From: an uncultured delta proteobacterium
GTDB lineage: Bacteria; Desulfobacterota; DSM-4660; Desulfatiglandales; HGW-15
Assembly (NCBI GenBank): GCA_963740905.1
Contig: CAVUFY010000008.1
Coordinates: 190,444 to 254,443 of the forward strand
DNA: 64,000 nucleotides
Direction of reading: 5' to 3'
The position numbers were made by a program, and so were the translations under genes. Shown here one piece after another: positions 51,001 to 60,335 of this stretch. The first letter of the stretch is position 1. Each line of letters opens with the position of its first letter. A model generated the notes under the pieces. The model was not told where the DNA came from. It searched no databases and saw nothing but the letters and a program-made list of their open reading frames with translations.

Positions 51001-52208
51001 CGCTTCATCCCCCCATTCCGGCCCTTTTCTGCCGGCCTTCCTCGATCGTCGCCTCTGCCGGGAAGGATAATGGAAGAGCTCTCCTCAAGCAGGTGGTGGC
51101 CCAGGATGACCACCTCTCCGCTGAGAGGCGGGGTGAGAATCTGGGCCTGCTCGTTGTCGACGATGCCCAAATCCACCGGCACGAAGTGGGCCGTCATTTC
51201 CTTTAAGTCAACCTGGAAGACGCCCTGCTGCCCATTCCTCTTCGCCACTGCACTGACGGGGACAACCGTTGCTTCATTAACCTCGGAAAACTCAATCTCA
51301 ACACGAATGAACATACCGGGCTTGAGCATGCAGTCCGGATTGGGAACCTCGATCTCCACTCTTGCCTCCCGTGAAGTCTCCTTGAGGATGGGAGCGACTC
51401 TCACCACCCTGCCAAGAAAGGTTTTTCCAGGAAAGGCATCGGTGGACACGCTCGCCGGCTGACCTATTCTGACCTTGGAATAGTCTCTTTCAATGACATA
51501 GATGACCCCTGTCAGAGAACGTATATCAAGCACCGACACAATAGATGAGTTAGGGGCCAGCATCGCTCCACCGTCCACGAAACGCTCTCCCACTACCCTG
51601 GTGTCATCTCCGTCCTCCCAGGACGCACGAATCTGGGTGTAAGCAAGACGGACTTGGGCCGCCTTGAGAGCCGCCTCCTTTTGGGCGACCTGGGCGGCGG
51701 CAACCTTGTATTTTGCATCCTGTGCGGCGAATTGGGCTTGCGCAGAATCCAGTTCCGATTCCGAAGCGATTTTCTTTTGTCGAAGAGTCTTCGCTCTTTC
51801 CAATTCCCGCTCGGCAATTTGGAGAGAGCTGCGGCTCTCTTGAAAGTTCGCTCTCGCTACCTCCAATTCGGCTTTCGCCTGGTCCATCTGCTGAAAATAC
51901 TCCTCGTTTTCCAGGACCGCGATGAGTTGATCTTTCTTAACCGGGTCGCCTATTTTGACCAGAAGCTTTTCCAAACGCCCGGCGATTTTGGGGGCGACAA
52001 TGAACTGGGACTTGGGATAGAGCGAACCCGTGAAAAATCCGATGTCCTTAAGCGTCATCTTCCGGACCGGAGCCGTTTTAACTGCCACGGGAACCGCGCC
52101 TTTCGGCCTCATCGAGGATTTATCCGGAGAGGTTACCCTCACATAGATCTGCCATCCGAAAAGGCCGAGAACAAGGAGGATGAAAAAAAGAGCCGCTTTC
52201 TTCTTCAT
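50997..52208 (-). CDS. RND efflux periplasmic adaptor subunit
   Basis: N-terminal anchor, VKIGDPVKKDQLIA, coiled coil, LKPGMF. Confidence 0.93.
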   Translation of the reverse strand: MKKKAALFFILLVLGLFGWQIYVRVTSPDKSSMRPKGAVPVAVKTAPVRKMTLKDIGFFTGSLYPKSQFIVAPKIAGRLEKLLVKIGDPVKKDQLIAVLENEEYFQQMDQAKAELEVARANFQESRSSLQIAERELERAKTLRQKKIASESELDSAQAQFAAQDAKYKVAAAQVAQKEAALKAAQVRLAYTQIRASWEDGDDTRVVGERFVDGGAMLAPNSSIVSVLDIRSLTGVIYVIERDYSKVRIGQPASVSTDAFPGKTFLGRVVRVAPILKETSREARVEIEVPNPDCMLKPGMFIRVEIEFSEVNEATVVPVSAVAKRNGQQGVFQVDLKEMTAHFVPVDLGIVDNEQAQILTPPLSGEVVILGHHLLEESSSIILPGRGDDRGRPAEKGRNGGMKR

Positions 52209-52226
52209 GGATTCTTCCTTTACGCC

Positions 52227-53912
52227 CTATAGGTTCAAGGCCTTTCTACACTCCGCCGCCCAATCTCCGGCCACCCTCGAATCGGGGAATCCAGAGAAAA
52301 GGGAGAGCGCTTTGTCAAATTCCCGCAAGTTCATGTAGTTGACGCCCAGGCATATACTCATCTCTTCATTTCGCGGCCAGTGTTTAAGCCCTTCGAGAAG
52401 CACTTCAATAGACTGCTCGATCTTTCCACTTTTTTGCTTGATCAATCCGAGACCCAGGTAGGCGCGTCGGTCCGGGAAGTACTCCAGGGATTTCCTGAAC
52501 AGTTCCTCGGCTGTTCCCTCCTTATTCTTCACCTGTTCAATCCTCGCATAATCGCCGTGACTGAAGGTCATTCCGAGCCTGGAACAAAAATCAGAGTGCG
52601 ATTCAAACAGGTCTTTTCTGTCCGCAAGAGAGACGCGCTGCGCAAAAGAGTGAACATTTTCATAAAAGGCTGTCCGGAGCCTTTGTCCAAAGGACAGGAT
52701 GAGGTCGTCGGACATGGTGGGGTCCGTTTCAAAATACATGACGCCTTCCCCTCTGTTCAGCCAGATATCATCCGTGAGCCCCTGTTTTTGTTTCAGGTCC
52801 GAATAAAGCTCCGTGCCCGGGAAAATGTCCAGGATGTAGAAAATGACACCCAAAGGCTTGATCTCCATCATGAGATTAATCGTTTCCTGGATGGTCTCCC
52901 ACGTTTCTCCCGGAGCGCCGTAGATGAAATAGGCTCTGGGGAGAATCCCGTGCTTTGCGGTGAGAGCAAAGGCTCGTTTGATCTGTGCGGTCTTGATCCG
53001 CTTGTTGAGCCTTTCTCTTATTTTTTCGGAGCCGCTTTCAACGCCGTAGCTCACCTGGATGCATCCAGCTTTTCTCATCCACGCAAGCATTTCTCCATCC
53101 ACGTAGTTGACCCGGGATATGGCATACCAGTTGATGCGAAGTCTTTTGTCGATGATTCTCCTGCAAATTTCGATGACTCGTTCCCTGTCGATGGTAAACG
53201 TGTCATCAGAGACGTAAAAGAAATCGACGCCTCGGTGGTAAAGCATCTCCAGCTCTTCAACGAAGTGTCCCGGAGATCTGAAACGGACCCCTTTTCCCCA
53301 GAATCGGGGCGAGCCGCAGAAGGTGCAGTTCCACACGCATCCTCGTGAGGAAGACACGTGCTGATAGCTGAAGTACTTGGCGGGGATGGGGAGCTCATCC
53401 AGATTTTGAATCGGGATCCTGTCGCCGGTTCTCGCGGGTTCTCCTCCCTTTCTGAAGGCGATTCCTAGGATACCGTCGAAATCCTGTCCTTCGGGTTTTT
53501 CGAGTTGGTCCAGCAGGTCCAGGAAAGAGTATTCACCCTCACCAAGGATCACGAAATCGACTTGCGCAAAATGCTTCAGCAAGTGTTCCCAGAGAAACGT
53601 GGCCCCGATCCCGCCGAAGACTGTTTTTACTTTCGGGTCCAGTTCTTTTGCCTCACGGGCGATCTCAAGCCCCCCCCGGCGGTTACCGTGAAGAATAGAA
53701 AACCCGATTACATCGGGTTTTCGTTCTGCAAGCGTTTCCTTGATTCTCTCCGGCGCCCCGTGAATTTCGTGCCAGTCCAGGATGTCCACATCATGGCCCC
53801 TGACCTTGAGAACCGCGGCAACAGAATACAGCCCCAGCGGCATAGCTCTGATTTCGTCCGGCTGGACGACTCGATTTTCGATGAAATAAGGATAGATGAA
53901 AAGGACCTTCAC
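52227..53912 (-). CDS. B12-binding radical SAM protein with C-terminal TPR-like region
   Basis: PLGLYSVAA...GEGE B12-binding domain, SSRGCVWNCTFC, GVESGS, C-terminal helical repeats. Confidence 0.92.
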   Translation of the reverse strand: MKVLFIYPYFIENRVVQPDEIRAMPLGLYSVAAVLKVRGHDVDILDWHEIHGAPERIKETLAERKPDVIGFSILHGNRRGGLEIAREAKELDPKVKTVFGGIGATFLWEHLLKHFAQVDFVILGEGEYSFLDLLDQLEKPEGQDFDGILGIAFRKGGEPARTGDRIPIQNLDELPIPAKYFSYQHVSSSRGCVWNCTFCGSPRFWGKGVRFRSPGHFVEELEMLYHRGVDFFYVSDDTFTIDRERVIEICRRIIDKRLRINWYAISRVNYVDGEMLAWMRKAGCIQVSYGVESGSEKIRERLNKRIKTAQIKRAFALTAKHGILPRAYFIYGAPGETWETIQETINLMMEIKPLGVIFYILDIFPGTELYSDLKQKQGLTDDIWLNRGEGVMYFETDPTMSDDLILSFGQRLRTAFYENVHSFAQRVSLADRKDLFESHSDFCSRLGMTFSHGDYARIEQVKNKEGTAEELFRKSLEYFPDRRAYLGLGLIKQKSGKIEQSIEVLLEGLKHWPRNEEMSICLGVNYMNLREFDKALSLFSGFPDSRVAGDWAAECRKALNL

Positions 53913-55060
53913 GCGCTTTGCTCCACCACGTTTTTCTTCAGAAGCTCCTTGATTTCCCTTTCCGTGTAACCCGCTTCAGCCAGTATGGCTCTTGTCTCCG
54001 CGCCTCTCGGCCTCCCGGGTTTTTCGGCTCGCCCGGGGGTCCTCGAAAGCCTTGGGGCCGGCGCCGGTTGCTTCAACCCATCCAACTCCACAAGCAGATT
54101 TCTTTCTTTGTTGTGAAGTGACCGGTGGACCTCGTCGAGTTCCAGAACCGGTGCCACGCACGCATCTTTGCCTTCAAAGATGACGGTCCACTCGTCCCGG
54201 GTTTTCGTCCGGAAAACTTCTGCAAAGCGTTCTTTTATCTCAGGCCATTCTTGCTTATCGTTCTGTGCCGGAAGGGACACAGGATCGAAGCCCAATCCTT
54301 CCAGCAGCACACTGTAAAATCGGCCTTCGACGGCACCTACTGCCATGAACTTCCCATCGCTGGTCTCATAGGTCTGATAATAGGGGGCTCCTCCGTCCAA
54401 CATATTCGTGCCGATGTCCGGTGACATCATACGGTTGCCAAGGAGACCATAGAAATACGTAGAAAGTACCGCTGCTCCGTCCACCATGGCGGCGTCTATG
54501 ACTTGACCCTTTCCCGAACGGGTTCTTTCGATGAGGGCAAGGAGTATTCCCATGGCACAGAGCATCCCTCCACCGCCAAAGTCTCCTAGAAGATTGCACG
54601 GGGGGAGAGGACGTTCCCCTTGTCTTCTGAACAGGGACAACACTCCAGAAAGGGCAATGTAGTTAATGTCATGGCCCGCCATGCCTGCATAAGCCCCTTC
54701 CTGCCCCCATCCCGTCAGCCGTGCATAGACCAATCCGGGATTCAAGCCCAGGACCCGGTCGGGGCCGAGGCCCAGATTCTCCATCACCCCCGGGCGGTAG
54801 GACTCTATCAACACGTCCGACTTATTCAACATCCTCCGGAAAATGGCTATGCCTTGTTCTGTCTTGAGATTGACTCTTACTGAGCGCTTGCCTCGATCAA
54901 AAGGGCTCTTTTCCATCACGTTGGGAATCTCGGGTCCCCCCGTTGAAAGGCGATCGACAACGATAACGTCTGCACCAAAGTCGGAAAGGACCATCCCGCA
55001 GAACGGGGACGGTGCCAGGCCCGCCATTTCCAGCACTTTAACTCCATCCAGAGGTTTCAT
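53909..55060 (-). CDS. CaiB/BaiF family III CoA-transferase (AMACR-like)
   Basis: PLDGVKVLE, LSDFGADVI, ESYRPGVME.LGLG, GHDINY, PAPAPRLS. Confidence 0.93.
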   Translation of the reverse strand: MKPLDGVKVLEMAGLAPSPFCGMVLSDFGADVIVVDRLSTGGPEIPNVMEKSPFDRGKRSVRVNLKTEQGIAIFRRMLNKSDVLIESYRPGVMENLGLGPDRVLGLNPGLVYARLTGWGQEGAYAGMAGHDINYIALSGVLSLFRRQGERPLPPCNLLGDFGGGGMLCAMGILLALIERTRSGKGQVIDAAMVDGAAVLSTYFYGLLGNRMMSPDIGTNMLDGGAPYYQTYETSDGKFMAVGAVEGRFYSVLLEGLGFDPVSLPAQNDKQEWPEIKERFAEVFRTKTRDEWTVIFEGKDACVAPVLELDEVHRSLHNKERNLLVELDGLKQPAPAPRLSRTPGRAEKPGRPRGAETRAILAEAGYTEREIKELLKKNVVEQSA

Positions 55061-55149
55061 GCCTTGTCTCTCCCCCGGTAAATTCATATTTCCCTTATAG
55101 CTCAATCACGGCAAACCCTCAATCCGGATCGTCCCGATAGGGTTTTCTC

Positions 55150-56475
55150 TTGACAGCCGCGAATGGCGCTTCATATAATATTTCATTGGAATTCTTGATA
55201 CTTAGAGGAACTTACATCGGAAACGATTCTCACAGCTTCTCTTCGCAGTCAGCCGGATACCTTCTCCGCAAGCCCGGTCTGATTTCACTCGGCGCTATTC
55301 TCGTCTTCGCCGCCTGGAGCAATCAAACCCCTATCGTCACTCTCATGGGTCTTTTTCTTTCGGTTGCTCTCGTTTCTAAGGCCTGGAGCCGCCTATGCCT
55401 TGCAGGCGTAACCTGTCGGCGATTCTTCAGTGAGACTCGAGTCTTTCCGGGCGAGAAAGTGAAACTGACGCTTCACCTTGCCAATCGCAAACCCTTGCCG
55501 CTGCCCTGGGTCAGGGTTGACGAGCAAATCCCCGTTTCACTGGCCGGCGAGCTCGCATCTGAGCCGCGCCCGGCCCCCGAGTCGGGGCTGATGCGTCGTT
55601 CCGCGGCCTTGCTGTGGTACACCTCAGTGCGGTGGACTTATACGCTCGAATGCGACAAGCGCGGTTACTACCCCTTTGGGCCTGTTGAAGTGACCTCCGG
55701 AGATATCTTCGGCCTCTATTCCCGTTCTCTGCAATGGCCTACGAAGGATCATATCGTCGTCTATCCGGTCATTTTTCCGGAGATCGATATTTCGATCCCC
55801 TCTATCTATCCTATGGGCAATGCGAGGATGCAAAGGCCCATCATTCAGGACCCGACCCGAGCCGTGGGCGTTCGAGATTACCGCCTCGGGGACAGCATGC
55901 GGCACATTCATTGGAAGGCCAGCGCACGGGGCCGGGGCTTGAAGGTTAAGGTGTTCGAGGCGACCACAACATTCAAGGTCGCTCTTTTTCTCAGCGTGGA
56001 TTCCTTTTGCACGGAAGGTTCATTCGAAGAGGAAGACTTTGAGCTGGGAATCAGCGCGGTGGCTTCCATTGCCTACCACGTCGTGGATCACGGAGGTCCT
56101 GCGGGGCTTTTCGTGAATACTCGTCTTGCTGATTCGGGACAGGCGGTGAGCATCGTTCCGAGCGCCAACCGGGGGCAACTCGCCGACATTCTTGAAGCCC
56201 TTGCCAAAACCACGGCTTCGTGGAACGAATCCTTCGTCGGTTTTCTGGACAAAGAGCGCGGATCACTGCAAGCAGGAACCACCCTTGTTCTTGTTTTCCG
56301 CAGACCTCCTCAGGATCTCTCTCTTTTGCTCACCTCTCTGAAGGAATCGGGATACAAATTGTTCGTCCTGTTCGTGGGCCCCCAGGAAGAGTCCCCACCC
56401 ATGGCAGGAGTTCCGTGGTTGAATGTAAGAAGTCCCGTAGACCTTGCAGGGAATGGAGGGAGAGCCGTCAGATGA
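55150..56475 (+). CDS. DUF58 domain protein (start uncertain)
   Basis: GVRDYRLGDSMRHIHWKASAR, RGYYPFGP, GDIFG. Confidence 0.9.
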   Translation: MTAANGASYNISLEFLILRGTYIGNDSHSFSSQSAGYLLRKPGLISLGAILVFAAWSNQTPIVTLMGLFLSVALVSKAWSRLCLAGVTCRRFFSETRVFPGEKVKLTLHLANRKPLPLPWVRVDEQIPVSLAGELASEPRPAPESGLMRRSAALLWYTSVRWTYTLECDKRGYYPFGPVEVTSGDIFGLYSRSLQWPTKDHIVVYPVIFPEIDISIPSIYPMGNARMQRPIIQDPTRAVGVRDYRLGDSMRHIHWKASARGRGLKVKVFEATTTFKVALFLSVDSFCTEGSFEEEDFELGISAVASIAYHVVDHGGPAGLFVNTRLADSGQAVSIVPSANRGQLADILEALAKTTASWNESFVGFLDKERGSLQAGTTLVLVFRRPPQDLSLLLTSLKESGYKLFVLFVGPQEESPPMAGVPWLNVRSPVDLAGNGGRAVR

Positions 56476-57869
56476 AAGTGCAACGATACCATCGTCTCCT
56501 GTCCTTCATCCTTGCAGGCATGGAGGTCTGCTGGCTCTACACAGCTCTCGTCCTTATGAGGGAAAAGTCCGGGGACGCAAGTCTTTCCCCGGTCGCGCTT
56601 CTGATGTTTTACGGCGCTTCGTGGGGCTTCCACCGCGTCGAAAAAGGTCGAACACGGTCCTGGATTCAAAAATCCGGCGCGATTCTCGGGGGCTGGTTTG
56701 TCTGTGCTTTTCTGCTCGGGAAAGTCCTTTTTTCGACCAATCCGTACTCCTTTGATTTTTCCTGGATTCTTGAGGCAGGCTCCGGCTTGGCCAACCTGGA
56801 TTCTTTCCCGAATCGGAATCACCTTTTCTTCATCTCCGGTATCCTCCTGTGGTGGGCAGGCAGGCGGCTGACCCGCCGGCCTCCCGGCTTTTCCGGCCTG
56901 GTCAGCGAATTTCAGTTCGGTCTTACGGCCCTCCTTATTCTCTTTTTCATGGATTCCCAGTGGGGGATGAATCTGCCGGGGTTGGTGCCCGTCTGCCTTG
57001 CCTTTTTCGCTTTCTCCTTTGTGGGAATCGCTCTGGCTCATGGTAGCGAAGGCACGGGCTGGCTGTATGGTGCCCACCGGGCCCAGTGGTTAAGCATCCT
57101 CATGATCGCCATTTCCGCCGCCTTCGCGCTGGGTCTCCTCTTGAGCGTAGTCATAAAGCCCGAGCTCTTGAAGCTCTTCCTCTCCATCCTCAAATTCATC
57201 TGGGAGGTGGTCTCTGAATGGATAAGCAGGATCATCGCTTTCCTGGTCAGCCTTCTTCCCAGACCGGAGCCTGTCGCCATTCCACCCTTTCAGGTGCCTC
57301 AACCTATTCCCCATCAGCCCCCTTCATGGGTGAAGATTTTCAGGATCCCTCCCTGGGTCAGGACGGTGGCGCAGTTCGTGGTGTCAGGGATATGGGTCGG
57401 ACTCATCCTAGCGGCGCTTTGGAGCCTTTCTTCCCAGATCCTTCACTGGCTTCGCCAGAAGCTGGACCACGGAGAAGGGGTTTCTTACGAGCCCATGTCA
57501 GGGGCCTTCCGGGAAGATATCCTCCGTCTCCTGCAACTGATCCTGAGAAGGATTGCCCGCGTTTTCACCTTTTTCCGAGGAAAGAAGAAAGAGGAAGGCC
57601 CTGCGTCTCCTGAGGTAAAATCGGTAAGAGAGATCTATCGGCAGTTCCTCGATTGGGCTGCCTCTGCTGGGTGCCCCCGCCATGTCGCCCAAACCCCCAG
57701 GGAATACCTTCGTACCTTGGTCGAATGGTTTCCTGCGGCGCGCTGGGAGTTTTCCTTTATAACGCATCAGTACGTTTATGTGAGATACAGTTCCTCCCTC
57801 CCCACCGAGGATGGTTTGGACCGGCTCGCGGAAGCGTGGAAGCGGCTCAGAAGAATGACGAAGAAGTGA
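56472..57869 (+). CDS. Membrane protein with C-terminal DUF4129-like domain
   Basis: Multiple TM segments, then VREIYRQFL...QTPREY...YVYVRYS; ATGA overlap with DUF58. Confidence 0.8.
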   Translation: MKVQRYHRLLSFILAGMEVCWLYTALVLMREKSGDASLSPVALLMFYGASWGFHRVEKGRTRSWIQKSGAILGGWFVCAFLLGKVLFSTNPYSFDFSWILEAGSGLANLDSFPNRNHLFFISGILLWWAGRRLTRRPPGFSGLVSEFQFGLTALLILFFMDSQWGMNLPGLVPVCLAFFAFSFVGIALAHGSEGTGWLYGAHRAQWLSILMIAISAAFALGLLLSVVIKPELLKLFLSILKFIWEVVSEWISRIIAFLVSLLPRPEPVAIPPFQVPQPIPHQPPSWVKIFRIPPWVRTVAQFVVSGIWVGLILAALWSLSSQILHWLRQKLDHGEGVSYEPMSGAFREDILRLLQLILRRIARVFTFFRGKKKEEGPASPEVKSVREIYRQFLDWAASAGCPRHVAQTPREYLRTLVEWFPAARWEFSFITHQYVYVRYSSSLPTEDGLDRLAEAWKRLRRMTKK

Positions 57870-57934
57870 GCGGCCGAGCATTAGTGGTGAAAGACGAGAC
57901 AGGATATAATGCGACGAGTGAAGGAGGTCTTCCT

Positions 57935-58906
57935 ATGAAGCAGGCGGCAGCGGCAGCAGCGGTTGATATCACGCGAGTGAAAGAAACGGCCGAGAGATTT
58001 CGATCGAATGTTGGAAAGGTCATCGTTGGGAAGAAGGAAGTCATTGACCTGGTCTTCATGGCTCTTCTTTGTGAAGGCCATATCCTGATTGAAGACGTGC
58101 CCGGACTAGGTAAGACCTTGCTTGCCAAGGCGTCTGCAAGATCCCTGAACTGTTCCTTTAAGCGAATTCAATGCACCCCCGACCTCCTGCCTTCCGACGT
58201 GGTGGGCATTCAGTTTTTCAACCAGAAGACCTCGGAGTTTGAATTCCGCCCGGGTCCCATTCTCGCCAACATCGTGCTGGTGGACGAGATCAACCGGGCC
58301 ATGCCCAGGACCCAGTCCTCTTTGCTCGAGTGTATGCAGGAGCAGCAGGTGACCGTGGACCTCATGAGCATATCTCTGCCTCGGCCTTTCATGCTCATTG
58401 CAACTCAGAATCCTATTGAATTGGAGGGAACTTTTCCGTTGCCCGAAGCACAGCTTGATCGGTTCCTGCTCAAGGCGAAGCTGGGCTACCCTTCAGCTAG
58501 AGAGGAAAGCGACGTGTTGACCCGTTTTCAACACTCCAATCCGTTGGAGTCTCTCCAGAGCATCGTCGATTCTCCCGAGCTGATGGACCTCCAGACCATT
58601 TGCCGCCGGGTGTTCGTAGAGGACTCCGTGCGGGATTACATCATCCGGGTTAATGCAGCCACCAGGGAAAACCCAGACATCAAGCTGGGGACGAGCACAA
58701 GGGCGGCCCTGAGCCTCCAAGCGGCCGCGCAAGCCATGGCCTGCATTCAGGGCAGAGGTTACGTGATCCCCGACGACGTGAAGACTCTGGCCCCAGCCGT
58801 TCTGTCTCATCGCATCATTGTGAAGACCGAGGCCCGTTTGAGGGGCCGCTCCGAGGAAAGCATCATGCAGGAAATTCTGTCCACCGTGCCCGTTCCTGCG
58901 GAATGA
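57935..58906 (+). CDS. MoxR-family AAA+ ATPase
   Basis: EDVPGLGKT, RIQCTPDLLPSD, DEINRA, ATQNPIE.EGTFPLPEAQLDRF; SD AAGGAGG. Confidence 0.96.
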   Translation: MKQAAAAAAVDITRVKETAERFRSNVGKVIVGKKEVIDLVFMALLCEGHILIEDVPGLGKTLLAKASARSLNCSFKRIQCTPDLLPSDVVGIQFFNQKTSEFEFRPGPILANIVLVDEINRAMPRTQSSLLECMQEQQVTVDLMSISLPRPFMLIATQNPIELEGTFPLPEAQLDRFLLKAKLGYPSAREESDVLTRFQHSNPLESLQSIVDSPELMDLQTICRRVFVEDSVRDYIIRVNAATRENPDIKLGTSTRAALSLQAAAQAMACIQGRGYVIPDDVKTLAPAVLSHRIIVKTEARLRGRSEESIMQEILSTVPVPAE

Positions 58907-58922
58907 GACCGGGAATGATACC

Positions 58923-59411
58923 ATGGAGAGCAGAGTCATGTTCCGGTGCCTGGATAAATTCGGCCGTCCTTTCGAGATAGCGGAATGCCGCTTCGGTGAT
59001 CTGTCCTGTCTGACAGACATGTATGAAGTGTTCCTGCCCAAGCCCGCCTCTCAGGGTCTTCCTCCCCCCGAATCAGAAACCTGTCGCCGATGGGTGAGTT
59101 CACTCCTGGAAATAGCCGTTAATGTCCTGGCATGGAAGGATGATCGGGTCGTAGGGCACGCTGCCTTGGTTAAAGATCACAGTGTACCCTCGGGTGAGTT
59201 TGTGATTTTCGTTCATCAGGATTATCGGAACCTTGCCATAGGAACGGAGCTGGCAAGGCGGAGCGTGGAAAGAGCGAAAAACATGGGATGGAACTCGGTA
59301 TGGCTGACGGTTGCCGTAACTAACTTCGTTGCCGTCAGGCTTTACAGAAAACTGGGGTTTGAATACTCAGACATGGACGATTGCGAACGAACCATGATCC
59401 TCAAGCTATAG
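58923..59411 (+). CDS. GNAT-family N-acetyltransferase
   Basis: FVHQDYRNLAIGTEL motif A (slightly degenerate), N..AVRLYRKLGF. Confidence 0.85.
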   Translation: MESRVMFRCLDKFGRPFEIAECRFGDLSCLTDMYEVFLPKPASQGLPPPESETCRRWVSSLLEIAVNVLAWKDDRVVGHAALVKDHSVPSGEFVIFVHQDYRNLAIGTELARRSVERAKNMGWNSVWLTVAVTNFVAVRLYRKLGFEYSDMDDCERTMILKL

Positions 59412-59412
59412 G

Positions 59413-60315
59413 CTACGGCTTTCGTCGTCCCCGCCGTTGCCGAAACACCCCTGCCACGCCGGCCAGAATCAGGGCCATGCCGAGGAGGGTGGTAACGGTG
59501 ATCGGCTCCTGCAAAACAAACCAGCCGAGCAGCACGGCAATCACGGGGTTCACGTAGGCATAGGTCATGACCACCCTGATGGGCAAGTTCCGCACAGCCA
59601 CGAGGTAGGACGTGAAGCTGATGATTGAGCCGGCGATGACGAGATAAGCCCAGCCGGCCCAGGCCGAACCACTGGGCTGAGGTGGCGGCTCGGCCGTAAG
59701 GAACATGGCCGCTGTGAGACCCAGACCTCCGAACAACTGCTGGTAGGCCGAAAGCACCACAGCGGAGCATTCCAGTCGCGATCGTTGTACGAGCAGCGAT
59801 CCGGCGGGCCAGAGAACGGCGGCAGTGAGCAATGCCAGGGTTGACGCAGCATCGGATCTGACTCCTTGCTGGAGTACCGGCCAAATCAGCACACCCAGAC
59901 CGGTGAAACCGACAAGCAGTGAGAACACCAGCAGAGGAGAGGGTAAGTCTCTATCCAAAATGCTCTCCAGGATCACCGCGAAGATCGGGGTGGTCCCTAT
60001 GATGAGGGCCGCGTAGCCGGAATGTACGTGGCGTTCGGCCCAAGTGACCATACCATTGCCTCCCAGCCACAGCATGACCCCGGAGAGAGCCAGCAAGCCC
60101 AATTCCCTCCGCGAAACGCGGACACGGTTCCTTAACATGCCGGCAATGAGGAACAGGATGAGGGATGCGCACAGGGTGCGGCTTGCTACCATGGCAAAAG
60201 GAGGAAAGCCGCTCCCTTCCCGAACGGCCACCCGGATAAAAAGATAGGTGCTCCCCCAAACCAGGTATACGACGAAGAGATTCAGGAGGCCTTTAATGGA
60301 AAGGGAGGTGTCCAT
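59413..60315 (-). CDS. EamA/DMT family transporter
   Basis: VYLVWGSTYLFI, YAYVNPVIAVLLG; 10 TM segments. Confidence 0.92.
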   Translation of the reverse strand: MDTSLSIKGLLNLFVVYLVWGSTYLFIRVAVREGSGFPPFAMVASRTLCASLILFLIAGMLRNRVRVSRRELGLLALSGVMLWLGGNGMVTWAERHVHSGYAALIIGTTPIFAVILESILDRDLPSPLLVFSLLVGFTGLGVLIWPVLQQGVRSDAASTLALLTAAVLWPAGSLLVQRSRLECSAVVLSAYQQLFGGLGLTAAMFLTAEPPPQPSGSAWAGWAYLVIAGSIISFTSYLVAVRNLPIRVVMTYAYVNPVIAVLLGWFVLQEPITVTTLLGMALILAGVAGVFRQRRGRRKP

Positions 60316-60335
60316 GAAGATAAATGCCGAGAGGT

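Noticed and set aside
49156-51462. 768-aa plus-strand ORF
   Set aside because: Antisense shadow of the RND permease and adaptor; no recognisable domain.
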